Shown: positions 17,698-27,576, numbered from the stretch's first letter. The stretch is DNA of 64,000 nt from Patescibacteria group bacterium (GCA_023229115.1 JALNZW010000003.1:1664-65663); one strand, 5' to 3'. The notes: generated by a model not told the origin, from the sequence alone. Numbers and translations are program-made.

Positions 17698-19125
17698 TTA
17701 TTTTTCGAGGTTTTTCCTTATATAATCAGCATTAAGCCAGAAACAATGTTTCGTATAAAACTTACTACCTGTAAATTCATCTTCCGTTGGAAGTTCTATT
17801 ACATCAGAGGAATCCTTTCCATGAGGCCTAACATGTGCAACTCCATTAAACTTTGATGTTGGAAAGAAGGTAAATCTTCTTTCTTTGCCATTTTTATATT
17901 TTTTTATTTCTTTAACTATTTTACCTTTATCAACTAATTTCTTAGTCTTGCTCCAAACACTCTCAGCGTAGTTCATGTCAGAGGCGGGAAAGTTCCAAAA
18001 TTTATAGCCCTCAAAATGAATTAGATCTTTTGTCTTATCTTTATCTTTCCTAAAAATTATAAACAAAAACCTATCTTCTTCTAACATCTTGAAGAAATTA
18101 GTTTCCTCCCATTTCTGTTTCAGAATTTGTTTATAGTTAAAATATGGAAACGAGATTGATTCTTTTAATTTACCATTACTTTCTAACACCACAACTTTCA
18201 TTGTGACATTAGATTTCTCAAACTCCTCAACCTTATTAGCTGATATGCCGAGCATGAGATTGGCAAGTAATCTTTTATATTGCTTAGTTTTCTTATTAAC
18301 CTTAAGGCCAATCTCAGAAAGTATCTGTTTATCAGACATCCCAATAAAAGGAGCTAATCTATCATCAACAGACTTATCTATTGTCTTTCCTTTTTCGGAT
18401 ATAGATTGAATATCCCCCTCCAATCCCATAATCTTTTCATGGAGAATAAAATTTAAATAGTTTTGCTTCAAAGAAAAGGCTCTTGGCTTTGCTTGTATGT
18501 CAGAGTTTGGCTGCTTTCTTGTAATAGAACTATTAGCCGCCTTCGTGCAAGCACCGAGATAAAAAGTCTCGCCCTCTGAAAGTAAATGCGCCTCCCCTCT
18601 TTTAATTTTATTTATAATATACTCCCAATCATTCTTAATCTGCAAAGCATCTTCAGCAGAAATCTTGTTCACTAAATCAAGTTCATAAAGAAACTTAAAT
18701 TTATATTCCAATAAACTTAGGTCGCTCTCATAAAGATAAAACATAAGTAATATTAACTTATTCTTATCCAAAAATGAACTATGCTCCCAATCTTCTAATA
18801 CAACAGATACATAGTCTATCATTGAGAATACAAGGCGTTCTTTAACGGCATATTCTTTGCTTTTATGTTTTTTTATTGGCGTTGTTTTTAATTCAACTCC
18901 GGCAATCTTAAAGTCAGCCTCATGTCTATTGTCCACCAAAGCCTGGTTAAATACATATTTTTGAACAAGTTGACCAAGAAATCCTTTTCTTTTTTTTCCG
19001 TGTTTTTCTATATCTCTTTTTGCCTCAGCAACATCATCTTTTTCCATCACATCAAGAAGGCGCTTATCCATAAAGGCTAAGGCATCATTAAAGACTTCTT
19101 CTTTTGTGTTATAAACTTTTAACAT
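17698..19125 (-). CDS. type II restriction endonuclease, Sau3AI/MutH family (predicted GATC-specific)
   Basis: 475 aa. The MutH-like catalytic region is DNRHEADFKIAGVELKTTPIKK (D...E-x-K with the GVELKT motif), and the gene lies directly upstream of the C5-MTase. Confidence 0.7.
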   Translation of the reverse strand: MLKVYNTKEEVFNDALAFMDKRLLDVMEKDDVAEAKRDIEKHGKKRKGFLGQLVQKYVFNQALVDNRHEADFKIAGVELKTTPIKKHKSKEYAVKERLVFSMIDYVSVVLEDWEHSSFLDKNKLILLMFYLYESDLSLLEYKFKFLYELDLVNKISAEDALQIKNDWEYIINKIKRGEAHLLSEGETFYLGACTKAANSSITRKQPNSDIQAKPRAFSLKQNYLNFILHEKIMGLEGDIQSISEKGKTIDKSVDDRLAPFIGMSDKQILSEIGLKVNKKTKQYKRLLANLMLGISANKVEEFEKSNVTMKVVVLESNGKLKESISFPYFNYKQILKQKWEETNFFKMLEEDRFLFIIFRKDKDKTKDLIHFEGYKFWNFPASDMNYAESVWSKTKKLVDKGKIVKEIKKYKNGKERRFTFFPTSKFNGVAHVRPHGKDSSDVIELPTEDEFTGSKFYTKHCFWLNADYIRKNLEK

Positions 19126-19131
19126 AAATTA

Positions 19132-19938
19132 TTAAACAATCAACTTTATTTTTGAATCTCTCAAAAATCTGGTTAAGGTTCTTTTTTCTTGACCACCCCT
19201 TGGCACTCTTCCGTAAAATCTTTGTGATCCGACTCTTTTAGTACAGTAACTTATGTAAAGACCGTGCTTAGCTCTTGTCATTGAAACATAAAGCAATCTT
19301 CTTTCGTCTCCAATAAATTCACCTTCATTTTTCCCTGGTAAAAACTCATCTTCAGCCCCAACAATAAAGCAAACATCAAATGTTAACCCTTTAGCTTTGT
19401 GCATAGTAAGAATACTAACAGCATCCTTTTCTGCACTCTGTTCTATTCTATCAGAATTAATACCGATAGACTTTACTATGCTCTCTAATGTATCAGATTC
19501 ATCTGAAATATATTTAACAAAATATTTTAAAATCCTCTCACGTAAAACGGTATCTTCCACATAGTGCTCTATAACTCCTTTAACTTTATCAATTAAATTG
19601 TCTATTTTATTAAATTCTTCTAAATCATCTTCTACTTTTTCAACGAAACTCTTTATCTTTTCTCCATATTTACTAACAACAATATTTTGCTTTATTTCTT
19701 GTAAAGATTTACTGAATCTAAGATTTTTATCAACTGCTATTCGAAAAACATCATCAATACTTTTTTCTCCAATATTATTTTTAGCAAGCTCCAAGAGTGT
19801 TCTCCACGCTAAATCATCTTCTTTATTCGATAATAATCTAAAAATAGAAAGGACGACTCTAAATTCTGACTGGCTTTCTAATGCTGAATCAGGGGCACCC
19901 GCAATCATGATACCATTACCAACAAGCACATCACTCAT
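19132..19938 (-). pseudogene. helicase C-terminal fragment (SF1 UvrD-like motifs V-VI) of a disrupted nuclease-helicase gene
   Basis: ILTMHKAKGLTFDVCFIVGAED ... LLYVSMTRAKHGLYI are UvrD/PcrA helicase C-terminal motifs. No Walker A/B is found in this ORF. Confidence 0.55.
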
Positions 19939-19973
19939 TAAACTTAAAATGGCAGCACTTCTTGATAATATGA

Positions 19974-20558
19974 CTATTTTTTCTGCTGGAACACCTTTAC
20001 TAATACATCAAATGCTGATAAATAAGTCTTTCCAAGACCTGTGGCGAATACTACAAGACCTTTGTTTTTGCCAGATTTTCTTGTTTCATCTAAAGCCTCA
20101 AGGGCACGATTTTGAATATAGTGAGGCTCAACATCTCCCAACCTATTTAAATATATTTTATAAAGTTGTTCATCACCTATAAAACTTCTTCTTATTTCCC
20201 AAATGCAAGATTGAGGCTCTTTTCTTATTAAATCATTGGTAAATCGTATTAGATGAAAACCCTCTTTTATAATTTCGTTTTGCTTGTTTTGTAAATGATT
20301 AAAATATTCTTTAGTAACAGCTCCTTGCGCGTGATAATAGAGGCCGTCACACTCTATTGCATATTTTTTAAATTTTGTTGTTATAACAAAATCTAGTCTA
20401 TACACACCAGAACCATCTGGTTTAGGTATTTCATATTCTGGAGTAATATAATCAAGCCCCTTTTCTCCAAAATCTTTATAATAAACATTGATTATAAAGG
20501 TTTTACCCAAATCATTTAGCTTGTTTTTATATTTAAATAAAAAATCATTTAGTTTCAT
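19974..20558 (-). pseudogene. N-terminal fragment: DUF559/Vsr-like PD-(D/E)xK endonuclease domain plus helicase Walker A (ATGLGKTY), truncated
   Basis: YRLDFVI...AIECDGLYYH nuclease motifs, then GLVVFATGLGKTYLS. The ORF ends 20 residues later. The next ORF is in a different frame and carries only C-terminal helicase motifs. Confidence 0.5.
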
Positions 20559-20566
20559 ACAAACAA

Positions 20567-20586
20567 GGTTGATTGTAAAATCAACC
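20567..20586 (-). promoter_or_regulatory. 7-bp stem hairpin (ggttgat/atcaacc) immediately upstream of the 20558 start codon
   Basis: Perfect inverted repeat 9 nt before the ATG, adjacent to the AATATTAGACG 11-mer and a TATAAT box. Confidence 0.3.
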
Positions 20587-20682
20587 GAATATTAGACGAT
20601 AAATTATATAATTATTGTATCATTTAAAACGGCCTGGGTCAAAAAAAATAAATCCCTAAATATAAGGTATTTTTATACTTTA

Positions 20683-20979
20683 TCACTTCTTTTTTCTGCA
20701 GACATCGCACCCCGCCATGCCAGTAAACCATGGCCAATGTTCAATGCTATTACTAAATTTAATATATGAATTTGATACTGGTCTATGAATTCTATTCTTT
20801 TTACATTTTGGACATAGAATGCCATTACAAAGACAGGTAACTGAAATTAGCTTTTCACCTTCTTCTGGACTGTTATTGAAAAAATCGTTACCCCAATTTA
20901 AATATTTTTTCATTATTTTTCCATTATATTCCCCGCAAACTTTGCACTCAATTAAACCTTTCGAAATTTCGTTTTCCAT
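20683..20979 (-). CDS. Cys-rich zinc-ribbon protein (hypothetical)
   Basis: 98 aa with CKVC, CLC...CPKC and CDVC pairs. Confidence 0.5.
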   Translation of the reverse strand: MENEISKGLIECKVCGEYNGKIMKKYLNWGNDFFNNSPEEGEKLISVTCLCNGILCPKCKKNRIHRPVSNSYIKFSNSIEHWPWFTGMAGCDVCRKKK

Positions 20980-21049
20980 AAATTTATTGATTAATAATAA
21001 AAAACCTCTTCCCCTAGATTGAGAAAGAGTTTTTATTTATGAAAATAAA

Positions 21050-21170
21050 AAATCGACCTTTATCTTCCCCATCTAGGGCTAGGTTTAGCACCTTCTGAAT
21101 GGATTACTTCAGGGTTGCTGGCAGGTCATCGGGCTAGTTCCCTCACTGCACTCTTTATAAATAGATTATT
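21050..21170 (-). ncRNA. candidate structured ncRNA (GC-rich island, unidentified family)
   Basis: A roughly 55% GC, 120-nt island in an AT-rich spacer. On the minus strand an extended -10 (gTGcTATAAT, plus-strand 21190-21200) lies just upstream, and a hairpin plus T-run (about 21005-21040) lies downstream. Nested complementarity is present (gcag..ctgc, cggg..ccc). Confidence 0.35.
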
Positions 21171-21249
21171 CAATTGTAATTATATTATAGCACTATTACT
21201 ATCAAGAATAAAACAAGGCTCGGATTCGAACTAAGATTATCCTTCATAT

Positions 21250-21312
21250 AAAGCTCTTTTAGTTCATTTGACTTAATTAAAAGAGCTCAGCCTAAACTGA
21301 GTTCTTTTAATT
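21250..21312. other. stable hairpin pair (agctctttt...aaaagagct outer stem; ctcag-cctaaa-ctgag inner hairpin plus T-run)
   Basis: 9-bp and 5-bp stems followed by ttcttttaatttttt. Possibly a terminator for tRNA-Asn read-through or a small RNA. Confidence 0.35.
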
Positions 21313-21362
21313 TTTTAGTAATATTAGACGACTCCTGTCGGTCTACTACACTAAAACGTTGT

Positions 21363-21437
21363 TGGCTCCGAGGGTGGGATTCGAACCCACGACCAATTGA
21401 TTAACAGTCAACTGCGCTACCGCTGCGCCACCTCGGA
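21363..21437 (-). tRNA. tRNA-Asn (anticodon GTT)
   Basis: Manual cloverleaf TCCGAGG-TG-GCGC-AGCGGTA-GCGC-A-GTTGA-CTGTTAA-TCAAT-TGGTC-GTGGG-TTCGAAT-CCCAC-CCTCGGA-G-CCA. It has a 7-bp acceptor stem, U33 and A37, anticodon GUU, and an encoded CCA. Confidence 0.9.
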
Positions 21438-21511
21438 ATGATCAGTTTTAAATGTTTAAAACTGATATATATAATAACAAACTTAAATAATATGTCAAAT
21501 AAATTAAGAGA

Positions 21512-22420
21512 CTAATCAATAAGCATTTGTTTATCGTCTATCCACAAATTACCCTTAAAACAGTTCCTTCCTGGCTCAAATCTTCTATCAGCATAATAAT
21601 ACCTGCCCTCACCATCATTGCTACTTGTTCTAAAATTAGCACAAATTTCAAACTCTCTATCACTAATTTTATTATATTCTATTTTTTCACCAGTCTCTGG
21701 GTCATATAAGTCTTTTTCATTAAAATAAAACTTACCACTTTCTGAAGAAATTTCTTGCAGGTTGTTTGGCAATTTTTTATTTAAATCATAATAATTATTA
21801 ACCACACCCTCAATAACTGAAACTCTATTTAAAACTATCTGATCCAGTCTTTTTTTTCTAGCTATCTGGGGAGATTCTACAAAAAAGAAAGAAGAAATAA
21901 ATATAGCCAAAACTAATCCCAAAGAAATAATGAAAAAAGTTCTTATATTTTTATCTTTTTTTTCAACATTATCTCTCTTAATATCATAAAAATAATAACT
22001 GAAAACTAGCGCTGAAATAATTAGGACGGTCAAAGTTTTTAAAGCAAACTTTAAAGTCATTTCTCCTGATAAAAAACTATTTAAAATTCCAATCAAAGAA
22101 CCAAGAATTATTACTGCTGAAACAAAGAGTATAAAGTAAGTTAACCAACGACGCAAAGAAGATTCTTTTTCCAATTCATTTTTTCTAAGACCTTTATTAA
22201 CAAAATTTACCATCAAGAAAAAAATAGGCGCGGCAACAAACAAGGCTGAAATACCAAATCTTAAACCTCCGTCATTATTATAAACATTATCAACTAAAAT
22301 ATCGCGAATACTTTTATCAATTATTTGAAAAATAATAATAGCCGAAGAAATTGCCGTAAAAATTAAAGCCACTAAAGAAAGCAAATAATAAAAAGCAAAT
22401 TTAGGATTATTGTTCTTCAT
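21512..22420 (-). CDS. hypothetical membrane protein (4-5 TM helices, C-terminal soluble domain)
   Basis: 302-aa ORF with no recognised motif. Confidence 0.5.
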   Translation of the reverse strand: MKNNNPKFAFYYLLSLVALIFTAISSAIIIFQIIDKSIRDILVDNVYNNDGGLRFGISALFVAAPIFFLMVNFVNKGLRKNELEKESSLRRWLTYFILFVSAVIILGSLIGILNSFLSGEMTLKFALKTLTVLIISALVFSYYFYDIKRDNVEKKDKNIRTFFIISLGLVLAIFISSFFFVESPQIARKKRLDQIVLNRVSVIEGVVNNYYDLNKKLPNNLQEISSESGKFYFNEKDLYDPETGEKIEYNKISDREFEICANFRTSSNDGEGRYYYADRRFEPGRNCFKGNLWIDDKQMLID

Positions 22421-22452
22421 ATTTTTTAAATTATTTTTAAAAATTTTTTAAA

Positions 22453-23811
22453 TTAAAAATCTCTTAATTTTTCTAAACTCTTATTTTGCATTTTTCTAAT
22501 TTTTTCCAAAGCCTTAGCTTCAATCTGTCTAATTCTTTCTCTAGTAACCTCAAACTCTTGTCCAACCTCCTCCAATGTATGAGCAACACCATCAACCAAG
22601 CCAAATCTCATTTCTAATATTTTTTGTTCACGTGGAGAAAGATTAACTATAACCTCTTTAACATAATCCTTTAAAAGTTGTAAAGCAGCTACCCTGTCAG
22701 GTGTTTCATTTTTAACATCTTCAATAAAATCTTCTAGAGTTGAATTATCGTCATCATCACCAATAGTTGTCTCTAAGGAGATAGTTTCTTGAGAAATTTT
22801 CATTATATAAACAACTTTATCTAATTCCTCTCCCATTTCAGCTGCAGTTTCTTCAATCATTGGCTCTCTACCTAATTCTTGAATTAAAAATCTTTGAGCT
22901 TGTTGAAATTTATTAATATTTTCAACCATATGAACGGGAATACGAATCGTTCTTGATTGATCAGCTAGAGCTCTAGTTATCGCTTGTCTAATCCACCAAG
23001 TAGCGTAAGTTGAAAATTTATAACCCTTCTGATGTTCAAATTTATCAACTGCTCTAAACAAACCAATATTTCCTTCTTGAATTAAGTCTAATAAACTTAA
23101 ACCTTTAACACCAGAAAATTTCTTAGCAATTGATACTACTAACTTTAAGTTGGATTCAATCATTTTTCTTTCAGCATCTTTATCTCCCCTGTCTTTTCTT
23201 TTTGATAGCTCTACTTCCTCTTCTGCGGTTAAGAGTGGTATCTTGCCTATTTCTTTCAAATATATTTGGATTGAATCACTAGATAAATTAGCAAAATCAA
23301 AAGACATGCCGGAAGTTTTCTTTTTGTCTGGCAAATTTTTAAATCCTAATCCCAAAACATTTCCACTATCTTCGCTAACTGCAATACCGGTGTCATGTAA
23401 ACGACCCAAAAACATCTCATATTCATAAATATGATCTTCAACATTGGGAAATAAGTATAATATTTCTGTTTCAGTTAAAAAACCACGAGACCTACCTTTT
23501 TCAATAATTTTTAAAATTTGCTCTTCACTAGGTGCATCCTTTTTTTCATAATGTGTTAATTCCAAAGATTCTTTATTTTCTTTTTTACTAACTTTAATCT
23601 TAGAACTTTGTGTTTTTTTCTTATTGACAACCTTGGTTGTTTTAGCCACCTTCTTTCCAGTAACCTTTTTGCTGTTACCTACATTTTTCTTAGAAACTTT
23701 TTTTTCTTTTTTAACAACATTTTTTTTAACCGACTTTTCTTTTTTAACAACTTTAGTGCTTGGTCTTTTTTTAGAATCTTTTTTCTTATCTTTATTTTTT
23801 TTAACAGTCAT
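22453..23811 (-). CDS. rpoD: RNA polymerase sigma factor RpoD (sigma-70) with Lys-rich N-terminal region
   Basis: Region 2 [27 protein letters not shown]. Region 4 [24 protein letters not shown]. Confidence 0.9.
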   Translation of the reverse strand: MTVKKNKDKKKDSKKRPSTKVVKKEKSVKKNVVKKEKKVSKKNVGNSKKVTGKKVAKTTKVVNKKKTQSSKIKVSKKENKESLELTHYEKKDAPSEEQILKIIEKGRSRGFLTETEILYLFPNVEDHIYEYEMFLGRLHDTGIAVSEDSGNVLGLGFKNLPDKKKTSGMSFDFANLSSDSIQIYLKEIGKIPLLTAEEEVELSKRKDRGDKDAERKMIESNLKLVVSIAKKFSGVKGLSLLDLIQEGNIGLFRAVDKFEHQKGYKFSTYATWWIRQAITRALADQSRTIRIPVHMVENINKFQQAQRFLIQELGREPMIEETAAEMGEELDKVVYIMKISQETISLETTIGDDDDNSTLEDFIEDVKNETPDRVAALQLLKDYVKEVIVNLSPREQKILEMRFGLVDGVAHTLEEVGQEFEVTRERIRQIEAKALEKIRKMQNKSLEKLRDF

Positions 23812-23836
23812 ATTTATTAGGTTTATTTTTTGCTAA

Positions 23837-25711
23837 TTAATTAATGTGAAGAAACTTGTCATTTAAATCCTTTAATTCTTCTAAGATGCTTTCTATTTTG
23901 TCCTTTTCATTGTTTTTTTCAGCCAAAGACAAACTAAGCTCCTTTTCTCTTATTAAATTTTTATAATAAATCTTCTTAAGGTCTAAAATTATATTTAACA
24001 CTTCTTTTTTAACACTTAAATTTAATTCTTGGCTATCACTCTCATGCTCGTAAAGATAAAAATCAGCTAAAAGTGATATTTTGTTAAAAAAAGAAACTGC
24101 TTTTTGCTTATCCAAAATGAACTCCTGCTCACCCTTAATATAATCCAAAAACTGATTATAATCAAGCTTTTTATTGTTTTGATTATAGTAAATCAGCATA
24201 ATTTCATAAAATTTTCTAAATTTTACTGGAATTTGATCCAAATCCAATTTATTAGACAAATAGTCAAAATTATGTGGAAATCTCAAAATCAAAGACATCA
24301 AAAGCTCCGTCAACTTATCCTCTCTATTAACCGAAGATAGATTTTCTACTTGAACAAAATTTTTATCTATTTTTTTTTCAGTCTCAAAACCATTGATTTT
24401 ATTAGTGTTTTTACCTAATTTTAATAATTGCTCTCTTAAAAAAGACTCATTAACAGAATATTTTTGACCTATTTCTTTTATCCAAAAATCTTGTTCAACT
24501 TTATTATACAACATGTTTATAACTGTTAATATCTTGTTAACAGATTTATTTTTTTGATCAATATTATTTAAATCGAGGCTTTTGAGCTCTTTGTTTAAAT
24601 AATAATCAATAATATGCCTAGAATTTTCAATAGCCGACCCAAAAACAGTTGGATTTTCTCTAATTATCTCATCGGGGTCTTTACCGACCTCTTTATCATT
24701 AAAAACCACTACCTTCAAATTTAAACCCATTTTCAAGGCTTCAGCTATACCTCTGTCCGTAGCACCAGAACCAGCTAAATCCTGATCGAAGGACAAAATA
24801 ATATTATTAGTATATCTTTTAATTAAATTTAACTGAGAAACTGTTAATGCTGTACCAGAAGAAGCTACAACGTTTTTAAAGCCAGCCTCATGAACCGAAA
24901 TAACATCCATTTGTCCTTCAACCACAATCACTGCATCTTTCTCCTTAATAAATCCCTTGGCCTTATCTAGTCCAAAAAGGACTCTGCTTTTATCATACAA
25001 ATCAGTCTGAGGGCTATTTATATATTTACCAAACGATTTTTCCTTATCTTGATTATCTGGATTAACCCTAGCCGTAAAAGCTAGAACTCGACCATTAGCA
25101 TCTTTAATAGGAAACATTATTCGATCACGAAAACGATTAAAATATTTGCCCCTGTCACTCTTGGCCGACATTCCACTTAAAAATATCTCATTATCAGTAT
25201 ATTTTTTACTTTTTAAAAAATTTATTAAATCATCATAATTATTTAAACTATAACCTATACCCCAGCGATTAATAGCCTCTGTGTTTAAGCCTCTCTGAGC
25301 TAAATACTTTTTAATCTTGTCAATATTCTCATTCTTATTTTTCTCATTAGTTAAAATAAAATTATAATATTTTAAACTAAGTTCTAAAATTTCAAACAAA
25401 CGATTCTTGCTTTTATTTTCAGAAAAATCACGATTATCTAAAACAACTCCTGCCCTAGGAGCTAACATTTTTAAAGTTTCCACAAAATCCAATCCTTCCA
25501 TTTCCATGATAAAAGAAAAAATATCGCCACCCTTGCCACAACCAAAGCAATGCCAGATTTGTTTTTCTGGCGAAACCATAAAAGACGGTGTTTTTTCATT
25601 ATGAAAAGGACAAACACCCCTAAAATTAGAGCCGGCTGGCCTTAAATTAAGATATTGTGAAATTAATTCAACAATATCTATTTTAGCTTTTATTTCCTCT
25701 GAATGATTCAT
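23837..25711 (-). CDS. dnaG: DNA primase DnaG
   Basis: Zinc-binding CPFHNEKTPSF...CFGCGKGGD. TOPRIM VVVEGQMDVISVHEAG ... LSFDQDLAG. Confidence 0.9.
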   Translation of the reverse strand: MNHSEEIKAKIDIVELISQYLNLRPAGSNFRGVCPFHNEKTPSFMVSPEKQIWHCFGCGKGGDIFSFIMEMEGLDFVETLKMLAPRAGVVLDNRDFSENKSKNRLFEILELSLKYYNFILTNEKNKNENIDKIKKYLAQRGLNTEAINRWGIGYSLNNYDDLINFLKSKKYTDNEIFLSGMSAKSDRGKYFNRFRDRIMFPIKDANGRVLAFTARVNPDNQDKEKSFGKYINSPQTDLYDKSRVLFGLDKAKGFIKEKDAVIVVEGQMDVISVHEAGFKNVVASSGTALTVSQLNLIKRYTNNIILSFDQDLAGSGATDRGIAEALKMGLNLKVVVFNDKEVGKDPDEIIRENPTVFGSAIENSRHIIDYYLNKELKSLDLNNIDQKNKSVNKILTVINMLYNKVEQDFWIKEIGQKYSVNESFLREQLLKLGKNTNKINGFETEKKIDKNFVQVENLSSVNREDKLTELLMSLILRFPHNFDYLSNKLDLDQIPVKFRKFYEIMLIYYNQNNKKLDYNQFLDYIKGEQEFILDKQKAVSFFNKISLLADFYLYEHESDSQELNLSVKKEVLNIILDLKKIYYKNLIREKELSLSLAEKNNEKDKIESILEELKDLNDKFLHIN

Positions 25712-25717
25712 TTTAAT

Positions 25718-26221
25718 TTAAATAAATAAAAATCTTTTCTTTTTTACATTTTTATTAAAATTTTCAATATCTTTTTCTAAATCAGCTGTTTTCATATCAT
25801 CTAATATATCATCCCTTAGAGAGTCAGACTTAATTTCGGAATTAATACTTTCATTTTTAACACTACCAACCGCTTCCTCTTTTCTTGTTTCATTTTTCAT
25901 GCCTAAAGAAGAAACCTCATATTGTCCTGAAAAAAAAGAAGCTAAGGCGCTTATTTCGCTTTCAACCAAATCACCATCATACTCAGCGCTGTGCATGTGT
26001 TGACCTTCATAGCTAGCCTTTTTTTGATCTAAATGCAAACTAAATATACATCCCTGGCTATTTTCGTCTATATATAAATGAAAACGAGGATAATGTTCAC
26101 CGGATAAACGCCTAACCAAACTTTCCTGACCACTTCTTCTGTCAAATATTAGGGCATAACCAAAACGTCTAGTTATATTTTTCGCCTCCTCTAATTTTAT
26201 TGATTTAATCAAAACTTTCAT
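25718..26221 (-). CDS. hypothetical protein (167 aa)
   Basis: ORF tightly following dnaG, with no recognised motif. Confidence 0.45.
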   Translation of the reverse strand: MKVLIKSIKLEEAKNITRRFGYALIFDRRSGQESLVRRLSGEHYPRFHLYIDENSQGCIFSLHLDQKKASYEGQHMHSAEYDGDLVESEISALASFFSGQYEVSSLGMKNETRKEEAVGSVKNESINSEIKSDSLRDDILDDMKTADLEKDIENFNKNVKKKRFLFI

Positions 26222-26224
26222 ATA

Positions 26225-26671
26225 TTAACTTTTTTTCTTAAAAATAAAGAAATTATAAATAATAAAACTCTCTACTCCAATAATTACTGTAACTAAAGAC
26301 TGAGAACAAAGATAGTTAAATCCATTAATGCTTGAAAAAATATGCATCAATTTAACATTTATTAATAAATTTAAAAAAGAAATAAATAAATAGGAAAAAA
26401 GTTGACGATGGACATAGGCTAAGTTGTTGTCTCTAAATGTCCAAAATTTATGGGTAAAAAAATTAAATAAAAAGGACAAAAAGAAGGCCAAGGCAGTAGA
26501 TGGCAACAAACTCTGATTTAAAACATCATGCAATAAAAATAAAAATAATAAATCTAATAATAATGTAAAACAACCAGTTATAAAAAACTTAACATAAGCT
26601 TTTCTTAAATTTAAAATTTTAAAAGTTATTGGAAAATATGAAAAAATAAAAAATTTTAATTTTTGATACAT
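26225..26671 (-). CDS. GtrA-family membrane protein
   Basis: 148 aa with 4 TM helices and the NFFTHKFWTF motif typical of GtrA. Confidence 0.65.
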   Translation of the reverse strand: MYQKLKFFIFSYFPITFKILNLRKAYVKFFITGCFTLLLDLLFLFLLHDVLNQSLLPSTALAFFLSFLFNFFTHKFWTFRDNNLAYVHRQLFSYLFISFLNLLINVKLMHIFSSINGFNYLCSQSLVTVIIGVESFIIYNFFIFKKKS

Positions 26672-26676
26672 AGAAC

Positions 26677-27570
26677 TTACTTATAAATTTCAGCTACCTC
26701 AGCAATTATTTTTTCTGAATCCCGAAAACGATCTTTAATGCTTTTAGAATTTAAAACAACGCTTATAAACTCCTTACCATCACTATTAGAAAATTTTAAA
26801 GTTAAGCAATACCCTGCCAAAATATTATAACCCGTCTTTCCGGAAATAACCCGACCATCAACCTCTAAGTCTTTAAATCCGACAAGCAATTCGTTAGTAG
26901 AATTTACATTTTTAATACGACCATTCTTGGTTTCAAAATTATAAGCATATCTCTGGGCAAGATCGGCTATAAGTTCATTCTCAAAAGCTTTAGCGGTCAT
27001 AATGGCCACTTCTTTAGCCGTAGAAACATTATTATTACTTAAACCAGTCGCATCTTCGAAATAAGTTTTGTATAGCTTTAATTCTTTAGCCTTTTCATTC
27101 ATTTTTTTAACAAGATCATCTTCACTTAAACCAATGGAATTGCTTAAAGCAATAACTGCAGTATTATCAGAGGGAATTAAAGATAAAGCTAACAAATCAA
27201 TTTTTTTTACTTCTTCACCCAAAAAAAGATAATCTCTGCCTCCTAAACGACGGTCGCTTGCTTGAATTCTATAATAATCCTCAAAATTAATATCAAGATC
27301 CATGAAAACTAAAGCTGCCATTACCTTGCTAATACTAGCAATGGAACGAACTTCATTAGCCTCTCTTTCAAACAGAAAAAAATTAGCATCTGAATCAAGT
27401 ACAGCCACCGAAGAAGCTGATAAATCTAAATTATTAATTTTTTCTACTTTTTCGGAAAAGTTATTCAGTTGCCAAACCTTCTGTGTCTCTCCATAATTAT
27501 CAAAAGCAGACAAAGAAACAACATTAAACAACAAAGAACTTAAAATATGAAAAATAACAAAGATAAACAT
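26677..27570 (-). CDS. D-alanyl-D-alanine carboxypeptidase (serine-type, PBP5/DacA-like)
   Basis: Signal/anchor at the N-terminus, SxxK active site (ASISKVMAAL) and an SDN-like SDNTA motif. Confidence 0.75.
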   Translation of the reverse strand: MFIFVIFHILSSLLFNVVSLSAFDNYGETQKVWQLNNFSEKVEKINNLDLSASSVAVLDSDANFFLFEREANEVRSIASISKVMAALVFMDLDINFEDYYRIQASDRRLGGRDYLFLGEEVKKIDLLALSLIPSDNTAVIALSNSIGLSEDDLVKKMNEKAKELKLYKTYFEDATGLSNNNVSTAKEVAIMTAKAFENELIADLAQRYAYNFETKNGRIKNVNSTNELLVGFKDLEVDGRVISGKTGYNILAGYCLTLKFSNSDGKEFISVVLNSKSIKDRFRDSEKIIAEVAEIYK

Positions 27571-27576
27571 AAGCGA

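Noticed and set aside
21050-21170. Assignment of the GC-rich island to tmRNA, SRP RNA or RNase P RNA
   Set aside because: There is no tmRNA tag-ORF or T-arm/ACCA end and no GGAA/GNRA apex with SRP symmetric loops. RNase P P4 motifs are absent. Only short fragmentary matches exist, so the family is left unassigned.
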